This document shows positions 52,366-62,063 of a stretch of DNA of 64,000 bases, one piece after another. The stretch spans positions 768,001-832,000 of the forward strand of contig JAXHNB010000006.1 in the NCBI GenBank assembly GCA_034520945.1, written 5' to 3'. The notes under the pieces are model-generated. The model saw nothing but the letters and a program-made list of their open reading frames with translations. It did not search any database and had not been told where the DNA came from. Origin of the DNA: Trueperaceae bacterium. Its GTDB lineage: Bacteria > Deinococcota > Deinococci > Deinococcales > Trueperaceae. Each line of letters starts with the position of its first letter. Within the stretch, counting starts at the first letter, position 1. The position numbers were made by a program, and so were the translations under genes.

Positions 52366-53328
52366 TCAGTCCGCCGCGACGGCCCCGATCGGCTCCCGCT
52401 GCGCCAGCCACCGCTCGGCGGCCATCGCGGCCCGCGTACCGGCGCCGACGGAGGTCCCGAGCTGCCGGTAGATCTCGTCCGCGATGTCTCCTGCGGCGAA
52501 GATGCCGGGCACCGAGGTGTAGATCTCGTCGATGACGTCCACGTATCCGCTGTCCCGCAAGCGGACCACGCCCTCGAGGAAGCCGGTGTTCGGTTCGTGC
52601 CCGATGTACACGAACACCCCGTCGGCGGGGATCGTCCCGGTCTCGCCGCTGAGGACGTCGCGGGTTCGGACGCCGGTCACGATGCCGTCATCGCCGAGGA
52701 TTTCCTCCACGACCGTGTTCCATACCCATTCCATCTTGGGGTTCGCGAAGGCGCGTTCCTGGAGGCCCTTGTTGGCGCGGAGCTGGTCGCGACGGTGGAC
52801 CACCGTCACGGCGTCGGCGAACTTGGTGAGGAAGGCACCCTCCTCCACTGCGGCGTCCCCGCCGCCCACGACGACGACCTTCTTGCCGCGGTAGAAGAAG
52901 CCGTCGCACGTGGCGCAGGTCGATACGCCGCGCCCGTAGAAGGTGTCCTCGCCCGGCACGCCCAGGCGCCGCGGGTTGGCCCCGGTCGCCAGGATCACGG
53001 CGCGGGCGCGATAGTCGGCTTCGTAGCCGCGCACCAAGAAGCCGTCGTCGGCGTTGCCCGAGAGCGCTTCGACCTCTTCCATGACCAGGCGCGCCCCGAA
53101 TTTCTCCGCTTGACGCGTCATGCGTTGTGACAACTCCGGACCGGTCACCGACTCGTCGAAGCCGGGGTAGTTCTCGACCTCGTCGGTTTGTGCGATCTGC
53201 CCGCCGGGGAGCCCCTTCTCGAGGATGACCGTGTCCAGCTGACCCCGTCCCGCGTAGATGCCGGCGGTCAGTCCGGCGGGGCCGCCTCCGATGATGGTTA
53301 CGTCCGTGTCGATCGTTTTTCGTGCCAT
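52366..53328 (-). CDS. trxB: Thioredoxin-disulfide reductase
   Basis: GGGPAG, CATCDG and GGGDAAVEE motifs; AAGGAGG RBS. Confidence 0.97.
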   Translation of the reverse strand: MARKTIDTDVTIIGGGPAGLTAGIYAGRGQLDTVILEKGLPGGQIAQTDEVENYPGFDESVTGPELSQRMTRQAEKFGARLVMEEVEALSGNADDGFLVRGYEADYRARAVILATGANPRRLGVPGEDTFYGRGVSTCATCDGFFYRGKKVVVVGGGDAAVEEGAFLTKFADAVTVVHRRDQLRANKGLQERAFANPKMEWVWNTVVEEILGDDGIVTGVRTRDVLSGETGTIPADGVFVYIGHEPNTGFLEGVVRLRDSGYVDVIDEIYTSVPGIFAAGDIADEIYRQLGTSVGAGTRAAMAAERWLAQREPIGAVAAD

Positions 53329-53391
53329 GTGGCCTCCTTCTCGACTGCGCGCATGCTAGCACCCGCGCATTCCCGACCTCTGTCGGCGATC

Positions 53392-53408
53392 ATACCCAGT
53401 GGGGGTAT
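53392..53408. promoter_or_regulatory. CsoR/RcnR-family-like operator
   Basis: Palindrome ATACCC-AGTGG-GGGTAT with a G-tract, in the divergent trxB/aminotransferase intergenic region. Confidence 0.6.
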
Positions 53409-53451
53409 AGGCGCGGTGTCACCGGTCCCACCGCGCGGTACAGTCGAGGCC

Positions 53452-54330
53452 ATGAGCACCGAGCCACGAACGTTCGGCGTCGACCTCCGACCGGTACCCG
53501 CCGACCAAGCGACCCTTCCCGTCACCGACCTCACGTTGCGTCGCGGCTACGGCGCGTTCGACTTCCTACGCGTGGAGGACGGCGTACCCCTGTTCGTCGA
53601 CGATCATCTGGCCCGCTTCGATGCCAGCGCCGAACTGATGGGGCTGGCCCCCCGCCCGACGCCGGCCGAGCTGCGCGCGCACCTTCGCGAGCTGATCCAG
53701 GCCAACGGTGCCGGCCGCTACGCGTTTCAGCTGTTCCTGACCGGCGGCGACCCGGTGGGCGGGTTCGAGCCCGGGACCCCCCGCACGCTGGTGCTGGCCG
53801 TGGATCCGCCTTCCTACCCCGCCTCCGCCTACGAGGACGGGGTGGCGCTGCTTCCCCACCGCTTCGAGCGCGACCTGCCGGCGGCGAAGACCACCAACTA
53901 CTTCACGGCCGTGCGGTTGCGGGACGCGATGCGGGAGGCCGGCGCGATGGACGTGCTGTACCACGACGGGACCCGGGCCCTCGAGGCGACGCGAAGCAAC
54001 CTGTTCGTGGCGTGCGGGGACGGCCGCTTCGCCACGCCGGGGCGCGGCGTGCTGCGCGGCATCACGCGCTTGCACGTGATGCGGGCCCTGCAGGACCAGG
54101 CGCGCGTGGACGAACGCGACGTGTCGCTGGAGGAGCTGTACGCGGCGCCCGAGGCGTTCATGACCAGCACCACCAAAGGGATCATGCCCGTCGTCCGCGT
54201 CGGCGATCGCACCATCGGCGATGGCCGCCCGGGACCGGGTACCCGGGAGGTGGAGACCCGGTTTCGCGCCTACCGCGACGCCTGGCTCGCCGAGGCCGCA
54301 CCGGCATGGCAGGTCGGCACGGCCGCGTAA
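53452..54330 (+). CDS. Class IV aminotransferase (D-amino-acid/branched-chain/PabC-like)
   Basis: GYGAFD, HLARF, AKTTNY, EATRSN, LRGITR and EAFMTST motifs. Confidence 0.9.
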   Translation: MSTEPRTFGVDLRPVPADQATLPVTDLTLRRGYGAFDFLRVEDGVPLFVDDHLARFDASAELMGLAPRPTPAELRAHLRELIQANGAGRYAFQLFLTGGDPVGGFEPGTPRTLVLAVDPPSYPASAYEDGVALLPHRFERDLPAAKTTNYFTAVRLRDAMREAGAMDVLYHDGTRALEATRSNLFVACGDGRFATPGRGVLRGITRLHVMRALQDQARVDERDVSLEELYAAPEAFMTSTTKGIMPVVRVGDRTIGDGRPGPGTREVETRFRAYRDAWLAEAAPAWQVGTAA

Positions 54331-54548
54331 GAATTTCGTGACGAGCGCTGCGCCACGATGAAGGACCGCCGCGGGGCTCCCTCCGCGGACGTTCACGGTG
54401 GCTTCGAAGGGAATTCGTCACGTTTCGGCCGCGCCTCTGCACGTATCCTCGTATGCGGAAGGGGATCGGGAGCACGCGTGTGGACCGGGGCGCCATCATC
54501 GGTTGGGAGGCCGGGCGCCAGGTTCCACCGGCCCGACACGTGAGATTC

Positions 54549-56684
54549 ATGGAGCACGGCACGCCGCAGAAGCGGGGGCAGGAGCAATCGGACGAGCTGT
54601 TGGCGCTCGTGCGTCAGCTGTTCGGGGACGACTGCTACACGGTGTCGGACCTTCGTCAGGTCGGGCAGAGCATCGTGTACGCCAGCGAGGCGTTCGCGCA
54701 GTTCAGCGGCTACGAGATCGACGAGGTGCTCGGACGCGATCTGGCGTTCCTGCAGCGGGACGACACCGACCAGGAGGGCCTGCGTCAACTGCGGGCCGCC
54801 CTCGCCGAGGGGCGGCCCTGCACCGTGGTGGTTCGCAACTACCGCCGCGACGGCAGTTTGTTCTGGAACGAGCAGCACCACTATCCCCTGCGCGACGAGC
54901 GGGGCAACGTCACCCACCTGGTCAGCGTGCAACGCGACGTGAGCGACCGCATGCACGCCCTCGGCGTCGTCGATGCCGGGGAGCGCATGGGCCGCCACGG
55001 TCAGGGCGGGTTTTTCGGCTACAGCGTCCTGTTGCGGCCCGACGCCCAGCCGCAATTGCTGTGGGTCGGCGAAGCCTGCCTTCATATTACCGGCGTGCCC
55101 GCCTCGGAGCTGATGGATGCGCCGCTGGGAAGCTGGGTGCACGACGAGGACCGCGCGGCGTTCCGCGAGGCGCAGGTGTTGCGGCGCGCCGAACGAAGCC
55201 ACCGCCTGCGCTACCGAATCGTCACCCGCGACGGCCGGGTGCGGTGGGTCGAGGACCACGGTCAACGCAGCTGGAGCAACCCCGAAGCGCACGCTGTGGC
55301 CGTGCATGCGCTGGTGCGCGACGTGACGGCCGAGCGACGCTCGCGCGGCGAACTGTGGCACATCGACAACATCGACGCGCTGACCGGGCTGCCCAACGAG
55401 CGACGCTTCCGGGACCGCGCCGAGCAGGCGCTGGCCGCCACGCGGAGCGGCGGGCACGGGGCCGCGCTGGCGGTGATCGACATGGACGCCTTCTCGTTCG
55501 TGAACGACACCTTGGGGCGTGCGCACGGCGACCGGTTGTTGCAGGAGGTGGCCAACCGCCTCCGGCGCGTCACAGGCCCGGCCGACACCTTGGCCCGGTT
55601 GCAGGGCGACCGCTTCGGGCTGCTGTGGACCAACGTCGATGACCCCGAGCACGTCGTGCCGCGCCTGCTCCGGGTCCGGGACGCCGTGTCGGCCGAGGTG
55701 CCCTGGCGGGGGGGCGTGATGCGTCCGTCCGCCACCGTCGGCGTTCGCCGCATCGGGGGGGATGCCGACCCGCTGCCGCGGAGCCGAGAGTTCGATCCCG
55801 GCGCCGCCTACGAGCAGCTGCAGCAGGAGGCCGAGGTCGCCCTCGAACGCGCCAAGCGTGACGAGCCCGGCGGGTGGGCGTGCGCCGGCGCGAGCGATCA
55901 CGCCCGCATGCGGGACCGGGAGCGCAGCGAACGCGACCTTCGCACCGCCATCCGCGACGATCAGCTGGTGCTCCATTACCAGCAGCGCGTCGATCTGCGC
56001 CACGGCACCGTGTCCGGGGTGGAGGCGCTGGTGCGGTGGCTGCATCCCGCCGATGGCCTGCTCAAGCCACGCGCCTTCCTCGGTTCGTTGCAGGTGGCGG
56101 GCCTCGACCCGGCGTTGTTCCGGTGGGTGCTGCCGCGGGCGTTGGGGCAGGCGGCCGCCTGGCGGGCCGCGGGGCGTCCGTACCGCGTGGCGGTCAACGT
56201 GGGGCGTCAGACGCTGGAGCACCCCGATTTCGAGGCATGGGTCCACCAAGAGTTGGAGCGGCACGACCTGAATCCCGCCCTGCTGGAGCTCGAATTGACC
56301 GAGGGGACCCCCATGGACGTGTTCGAACGAAACGTCGGCGTGCTGGCGGCGTTGCGCGAGCGAGGGGTGCGGATCAGCTTGGACGATTTCGGCGTAGCCA
56401 CGGCGTCGCTGGCGCAACTCCAACGGCTGCCGTTGGACGGCCTCAAGATCGACAAGCGCTTCGTGGATCGGCTGGTGGCCGGATCGCGTGGCGACCGGGA
56501 GATGGTGCGCGCCATCGTGTCGATCGGCAGGAGCCTCGGCCTCACCGTGGTGGCCGAAGGGGTCGAGACCGACGCGCAGCGCAGCGCGCTCCGCGAGCTC
56601 GAGTGCGACGAAGTGCAGGGGTACCTGTATGGTCAGGCCGTGCCGGCCGACTACGTGGTCGCGCCCGTCCCCTCCGGGGATTGA
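54549..56684 (+). CDS. PAS(LOV-like)-PAS-GGDEF(degenerate)-EAL protein
   Basis: LOV-like PAS (GRDLAFLQ, NYRRDGSLFWN), second PAS/PAC, DALTGLPN, QGDRF, and VEAL...DDFG...KID...EGVE...QGY. Confidence 0.9.
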   Translation: MEHGTPQKRGQEQSDELLALVRQLFGDDCYTVSDLRQVGQSIVYASEAFAQFSGYEIDEVLGRDLAFLQRDDTDQEGLRQLRAALAEGRPCTVVVRNYRRDGSLFWNEQHHYPLRDERGNVTHLVSVQRDVSDRMHALGVVDAGERMGRHGQGGFFGYSVLLRPDAQPQLLWVGEACLHITGVPASELMDAPLGSWVHDEDRAAFREAQVLRRAERSHRLRYRIVTRDGRVRWVEDHGQRSWSNPEAHAVAVHALVRDVTAERRSRGELWHIDNIDALTGLPNERRFRDRAEQALAATRSGGHGAALAVIDMDAFSFVNDTLGRAHGDRLLQEVANRLRRVTGPADTLARLQGDRFGLLWTNVDDPEHVVPRLLRVRDAVSAEVPWRGGVMRPSATVGVRRIGGDADPLPRSREFDPGAAYEQLQQEAEVALERAKRDEPGGWACAGASDHARMRDRERSERDLRTAIRDDQLVLHYQQRVDLRHGTVSGVEALVRWLHPADGLLKPRAFLGSLQVAGLDPALFRWVLPRALGQAAAWRAAGRPYRVAVNVGRQTLEHPDFEAWVHQELERHDLNPALLELELTEGTPMDVFERNVGVLAALRERGVRISLDDFGVATASLAQLQRLPLDGLKIDKRFVDRLVAGSRGDREMVRAIVSIGRSLGLTVVAEGVETDAQRSALRELECDEVQGYLYGQAVPADYVVAPVPSGD

Positions 56685-56730
56685 CCGCCGGCACGTCGCC
56701 GTACCGGGGGGCACGGGTAGCATGGGCGTC

Positions 56731-58800
56731 ATGTCGAGCCAGTCGAGTGCTGCAGACCCCCAACGCAACCCCATCCTGCGGGCGACCTTCCCCATTCCGT
56801 TCGCCGAAGTCGGCGCCGAGCACGTGGCGCCGGCGTTGCGGTACGCCCTGGCCGAGGCCGAACGGGCCTACGAGGCGGTCGCGGCGGCACGACCCCCCTA
56901 CCGGTACGACGATCTGCTGGGCCGATTGGATCGTACCGGCGCGTGGTTGGACCGGGTGGTGTCGACCGTGTCGCACCTGAACGCCGTCCGGCAGGACGCG
57001 GCCATGCGGGAGGCCTGGAGCGAGGCGCTGCCCGAGCTGACCGCGTTCGGGGCCCGCGTGGCCAGCGACCCTAGGGTGTACCGCGTCCTGCACGCCTATT
57101 CCGAGACGGAGGAGGCGGCGGCGCTGCCGCCCGAGAAGGCGCGGCACCTGCGCCTCACGCTGGACGAGATGCGGCGGGCGGGGGCGGGCCTGGACGAGGC
57201 GGGACGGGCCCGGGTCGAGGCGATCAAGAGCGAGCTGGCGACGTGGAGCAACACCTTCCAGAACAACGTGTTGGACGGGGTGTCGGCCTACGCCTTGGAC
57301 GTCCGCGACGAAGGACGCCTGCGCGGTATCCCGCCCTCCGCGCGGGAGCGGGCACGGCAGGCGGCCGAGGAGGCAGGCGAGGAGGGCTGGCGCTTCACGC
57401 TGCACCAGCCGTCCTACCTGGCCGTGCTGGATCACGCCGACGACCGGGCGTTGCGCCAGGAGATGTACCAGGCCGCCCAGCAGCGCGGTACGGGCGAAGG
57501 ACGCGACAACCGCGCCGTGGTTCCGCGCATCCTTGCGCTGCGGCGGTCGCTGGCCGAGCTCCTCGGCTATCAGCACTGGGCGGACCTCGTCACCGAGGAT
57601 CGTATGGCGGGTGATGGCGCCACCGCGGTCCGCTTCGAACGCGATACCTTCGCCCGGGTGGAGCCGCACTTGCGGGACGAAGTCCGGGACCTGGAGGCGT
57701 TCGCCCGTGAGCGGCTGGGGATCGAACGTCTGCAACCGTGGGATGTCCGCTACGCCTTCGAGAGGCTCCGCAGCGAGCGGTTCGACGTCGAGCAGGAGGC
57801 GCTGCGCCCCTGGTTCCCGCTGGACCGCGTCCAGTCGGCGGCGTTCGAGCTGGCGTACGAGCTGTACGGGCTTCGCATCGAGCAGGCCTGGACCGACACG
57901 GCGTGGCACGAGGACGTGGACTACTTCGAGGTGTACCGGGAGGACGGAACCTGGGTCGGGGCCTTCTATACCGACTGGGCGCCCCGCCCCGGCAAGCGGG
58001 ACGGGGCGTGGCTGATCGGCCTGCAGACGGGCGGGCCGGACGGCGACGGCTTCGAGCCCCACCTCGCCGCGATGTGCGGCAACCTCACCCCCGCTGACGG
58101 CGACCGGCCGGCGTTGCTCACCCACGGCGAAGCGCGCACCGTGTTCCACGAGTTCGGCCACCTGCTGCACCACCTGTCGTCCACCGTCGAGGTGCGCGAG
58201 CGGGCCGGCACCAACGTCCCATGGGACTTCGTCGAGGTGCCCAGCCACCTGATGGAGAACTGGCTGTACGAAGCGCCGTCCCTGCATCGCATCGCCCGGC
58301 ACGTCGACGACGGCAGGCCGCTGGACGAGGAGGTGATCCAGCGCCTGCGGCAGGCGCGCGCCTGCGGTGCGGCGTACCACATGGCCAGGCAGCTGAGCTT
58401 CGGCACGGTGGACCTGGCGCTGCACATCGACTTCGATCCGGCGGGCGACGAGGATCCCGTCGCCTTCGGCACGCGCGTCATGGCGCCGTTCCAGATCCGT
58501 CCGGACGCCGTGCCCGAAGGGTTCCTCCCGTCGTTCGCGCACATCTTCGCGGGGGGCTACGCGGCCGGCTACTACGGCTACATGTGGAGCGAGATGCTGG
58601 AGGCCGACGCGTTCGACCGCTTCCGCGAGGCCGGCCTGTACGATCCTGAGGTGGGCGCCGCCTTCCGCGACCAGGTCCTCTCCCGGGGCAACGGCGCCCC
58701 GCCCGACGCCCTGATGCGCGGCTTCCTGGGACGCGATCCGAACCCGGACGCGATGCTGGCGCGCAACCTCGGCGCGGCCCGGCAGGCGCGTCGGGATTGA
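56731..58800 (+). CDS. prlC: Oligopeptidase A (M3 family)
   Basis: FHEFGHLLH, DFVEVPS and HIFAGGYAAGYYGY motifs. Confidence 0.92.
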   Translation: MSSQSSAADPQRNPILRATFPIPFAEVGAEHVAPALRYALAEAERAYEAVAAARPPYRYDDLLGRLDRTGAWLDRVVSTVSHLNAVRQDAAMREAWSEALPELTAFGARVASDPRVYRVLHAYSETEEAAALPPEKARHLRLTLDEMRRAGAGLDEAGRARVEAIKSELATWSNTFQNNVLDGVSAYALDVRDEGRLRGIPPSARERARQAAEEAGEEGWRFTLHQPSYLAVLDHADDRALRQEMYQAAQQRGTGEGRDNRAVVPRILALRRSLAELLGYQHWADLVTEDRMAGDGATAVRFERDTFARVEPHLRDEVRDLEAFARERLGIERLQPWDVRYAFERLRSERFDVEQEALRPWFPLDRVQSAAFELAYELYGLRIEQAWTDTAWHEDVDYFEVYREDGTWVGAFYTDWAPRPGKRDGAWLIGLQTGGPDGDGFEPHLAAMCGNLTPADGDRPALLTHGEARTVFHEFGHLLHHLSSTVEVRERAGTNVPWDFVEVPSHLMENWLYEAPSLHRIARHVDDGRPLDEEVIQRLRQARACGAAYHMARQLSFGTVDLALHIDFDPAGDEDPVAFGTRVMAPFQIRPDAVPEGFLPSFAHIFAGGYAAGYYGYMWSEMLEADAFDRFREAGLYDPEVGAAFRDQVLSRGNGAPPDALMRGFLGRDPNPDAMLARNLGAARQARRD

Positions 58801-58834
58801 CCCGAGCGGGCGCTGCCCGAGGCCCTGCCTTCGT

Positions 58835-59821
58835 TCACCACGCGCCTGCGCGGGAGGCGCGTGCCAGCATACGGACGCCGTCTGCGTACCCCTCGATGCC
58901 CCGTGGCTGGCCTCGCAGGCGCAGCCAGCGGTCGTACGCCCACCACAGGGCGCGCGCCATTCCGTCGCGTCGCGCTGCGGCCGCGTGCTCGCGCTGGGCG
59001 TTCAGGTCCTGCATCGCCCGCGCCGGCCCGGGGTGGGGCGCCCGAACCGCCGCGGGCAGCGATGCCCAGGCGCGCAACGCCGCCGCGTAGCGGGCGTGGG
59101 GATGGGCCGCGCGCAGCCCGGCCAACAAGCCGGCGAACTCGGTCAGCGCCTCGTTGTCGTGCCCGGCCAGGTGCGCCAGCTCGTGCGCGTGGACCGACTG
59201 GTACGACCAGGGGGGAAGCGTCGGTTCGACGTGCACCTCCAGCGTCCAGGGCGAAATCACGCCGGCCGTCCCCAGCGCGGCCAGCATGCCGCGCGGAGGG
59301 TGCTTGACCCGCGCGGGCAGGCGTACGCCGGGGGCCAGCGCGGCCAACTCCGCCCGTACGGCGTCGGCGGCGCCTGCGACGTCGAACGCGCCGCTGGGGG
59401 CCGTGGCGGTTAGGACCTCGCGCAGGCGTTCCTCGAGCTGCACCAGGTCGGCGGACTCCTGGTAAGGCGGCGCCCCGTCCAGCAGACGCGTGGCGGGTCC
59501 ACTCGCCGCGCCGTGAAGGCCCCACGAGGCCTGGAACGACGCCGCCACCAGCAGCGCCAGCCCCGCCAGGCGCGTGACGCTGTGGATCCAGCCTCCGGCC
59601 CCCCGCACGCTCGCCCACGCCATCCCCAGGAGCACCAGCGCCAGCAGCGGCGTCCAGGGGACGGCGCCGCGTTCGCTCAGCGGGACCAGCAGCTGCGTCC
59701 ACCCGGGGTACACGCGCACGGCCCACGCCTCCGCCGCGCCGTCGCGCCAGGCGACGGCCGCCGCGCCGGCCCAGGCGGCGATCCCGACGAGCGCCAGCCT
59801 GGACGGCCGGTCCCCCCTCAA
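58835..59821 (-). CDS. DUF3810-family membrane protein with an HExxH motif
   Basis: N-terminal TMs; GVISPWTLE...HELAHLAG...E. TTG start overlaps the ABC-F stop. Confidence 0.75.
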   Translation of the reverse strand: MRGDRPSRLALVGIAAWAGAAAVAWRDGAAEAWAVRVYPGWTQLLVPLSERGAVPWTPLLALVLLGMAWASVRGAGGWIHSVTRLAGLALLVAASFQASWGLHGAASGPATRLLDGAPPYQESADLVQLEERLREVLTATAPSGAFDVAGAADAVRAELAALAPGVRLPARVKHPPRGMLAALGTAGVISPWTLEVHVEPTLPPWSYQSVHAHELAHLAGHDNEALTEFAGLLAGLRAAHPHARYAAALRAWASLPAAVRAPHPGPARAMQDLNAQREHAAAARRDGMARALWWAYDRWLRLRGQPRGIEGYADGVRMLARASRAGAW

Positions 59822-61965
59822 CGCGCCCTCGTCAGGCCGTATCGCGCCTCCCAGTCGGCGCGGTGCACCACCCACCACCCGCCGGTTAGGGCGTCGAACG
59901 GCGCCGGTGCCTCCGGCCCGCGGGCCGGCGTCTGCACGGCCTCGGGCGCCAACGCTTCGAACACCACGCGCAGCGCGGCGCGAAGCGCCCGGACCCGCGC
60001 CCACGGCGCCCAGCAGCCGTTCGGCGGGTCCGGGAGCGTGAGGTGCGCCACGCCGCCCGTCACGCGCACGCGCGGCAGGGTCGGCCAGTCGGCCGTGAAC
60101 GTCAGCCCGCCCTGGTCGTTGCGATCCGCCTCCAGGCACAGGGGCGGCTCCAGCGCACGATGCCGTGGCGCGGGGGCTGGAAGTCGCGCGTCGTACGCCC
60201 GCATGCGGGCTTCCATCAGGGCGTGTCGCCGCGCCTCCAGCCGCGTACGCTCCCGGTCGCTGAGGCGTGTCGGGTCCTCCAGCAGCGCGCTCAGCGCGGC
60301 GTCCTCGTCCTCGAGGGCGTGCAGCGACGCCTCCGGGTCGGGGGGACCGGGATCGTGGGCGGCCGTGGCGATCTCGGTCGGCCCTTCCTGCCGCTTGCGC
60401 CCGACACCCCAGCCGTGCACCCCGCCGCGCCACGCGATGAGCGCGCCCTCTTCGAGGCTCCACGCATCGGGACAGACCGCCTCGGCCAGCCGTACGTCGT
60501 GGGTGGCCAGCAGCACCGTCACGCGCGCGTCGCTGAGTGCCTGCTCCAACAGGTCCAGAGCGGGAAGGTCGAGGTCCGCCTCCGGTTCGTCCAGCAGCAC
60601 CACGTCGGGTTCGCGCGCCACCAGCAGCGCCACCGCGGCCCGCGCGCGCTCCCCGCCCGAGAGCGTCGCCGGTTCGCTGCGCGCCTGCGCCGGCGTCAGC
60701 CCCACCAGCGCCAGCAGTTGCGGGATGCGGGGGCGTGGCACCCACCTGTCCAGCTGCGTCTCCAAGGGCGCATCGTCCAGCCCGCGCCCCGCGGCGTCCC
60801 ACAGGTGCATCGTCACCCCGGCCCGCGTGGCGGCTTCGGCGTCGGGCCGTGCCGAGGGACGAACCCCGGCCAGCATCTGAAGCAGCGACGACTTCCCGCT
60901 CCCGTTGGCGCCGATCAGCGCCACCTTGTCGCCCGCTTCGAGCGTCACGGACAGGTCCTCGAACGCGCCCGGCGCGGACAGGTGCCGCGCCCACGCCACG
61001 GGGCCGCGGCGCGCCTCGCTGTCCGACAACCTCCACGCGTGGACCGTGGACGGTTCCGGGTCCGGTGCCGCCCACGCGACCTCGGCGGCGCGCCGCGCCA
61101 GCGTCCGCGCCGAGCCTCGTTGGGCGGGGGAGCCCCACCGCCGCGCGCGTTCCGCGGACGCCCCCAGGCGGGCCGCCTCGCGGGCGGCCTGATGGGCGCG
61201 GCGTTCCGCCCGGCGTCGCTGCACCCCGCGACGGTCGCGGTCGCGGTCGAACGGGAGCGCGACCGGCTCGAGCCGACCGTCCTGCAGGCGAGCGCTGTGC
61301 GTGGATGCCGCACCTAGGAGCGCGCGATCGTGCCCCGCAATGATCATGGCCGTCCGGCTGCGACCGAGTCGGTCCGTCAACCAGCGCCGGGCCGGGAGAT
61401 CCAGCGCGTTGGTCGGCTCGTCCAACAGCAGCAGGTCGGCGCGCTGCGCCAGCGCCGACGCCAGGGCCAGACGCCTGCGTTCGCCCGTGGAGAGCCGTTC
61501 CACCGGCAGGTGGAGACGGGGGTGCGGAAGGAGAATCGCCAGCTCGCGCCGCAGCCTCGGCTCCGCCTCCCAACCGCCCTCCTGCTCGAAGCGTTCCTGC
61601 AACGCCGCATACGCCTCGAGGTCGCCGCGGCCCTGCGCCAGCCTGCGCTCCTCGGCCCGGACCTGCGCCTCTGCCGCCCGAAGGGGGCGCAGGCCGGCAC
61701 ACGCCGCCTCCCACACCGTCTGCCCTGGCGCGAAGCTCGGCACCTGCGGGACGGTGACGATCCGCAGCCCCGGCGCCCTGCGGACGGTGCCGTCCGCCGG
61801 GGCGATCCGGCCCTCCAGCAGCGCCAGCAGCGTCGACTTGCCGGCGCCGTTCGGGCCCCACAGAGCCCAGCGCTCGCCTGCGGCGAGGGTCCAGGTGACG
61901 CCCGCCGCGACCTCGTGAGGGCCGCGGACCAGTCGAACGTCGCGCAGGCGGACGCATTCGTCCAT
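59818..61965 (-). CDS. ABC-F family ATPase with a C-terminal extension
   Basis: Two ABC domains (GPNGAGKS/LSTGE/DEPTN and GANGSGKS/LSGGE/DEPE) and no TM segments. Confidence 0.88.
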   Translation of the reverse strand: MDECVRLRDVRLVRGPHEVAAGVTWTLAAGERWALWGPNGAGKSTLLALLEGRIAPADGTVRRAPGLRIVTVPQVPSFAPGQTVWEAACAGLRPLRAAEAQVRAEERRLAQGRGDLEAYAALQERFEQEGGWEAEPRLRRELAILLPHPRLHLPVERLSTGERRRLALASALAQRADLLLLDEPTNALDLPARRWLTDRLGRSRTAMIIAGHDRALLGAASTHSARLQDGRLEPVALPFDRDRDRRGVQRRRAERRAHQAAREAARLGASAERARRWGSPAQRGSARTLARRAAEVAWAAPDPEPSTVHAWRLSDSEARRGPVAWARHLSAPGAFEDLSVTLEAGDKVALIGANGSGKSSLLQMLAGVRPSARPDAEAATRAGVTMHLWDAAGRGLDDAPLETQLDRWVPRPRIPQLLALVGLTPAQARSEPATLSGGERARAAVALLVAREPDVVLLDEPEADLDLPALDLLEQALSDARVTVLLATHDVRLAEAVCPDAWSLEEGALIAWRGGVHGWGVGRKRQEGPTEIATAAHDPGPPDPEASLHALEDEDAALSALLEDPTRLSDRERTRLEARRHALMEARMRAYDARLPAPAPRHRALEPPLCLEADRNDQGGLTFTADWPTLPRVRVTGGVAHLTLPDPPNGCWAPWARVRALRAALRVVFEALAPEAVQTPARGPEAPAPFDALTGGWWVVHRADWEARYGLTRAR

Positions 61966-62063
61966 CGCCGCCGAGAATACGCCGGGCGCCCGCGTCCGGA
62001 CGGCCGCGCAGCGCACGCGCGGCGCGTGCGGGGCGGCCGGCGCGCGTCCCGTATGCTCGGCCC

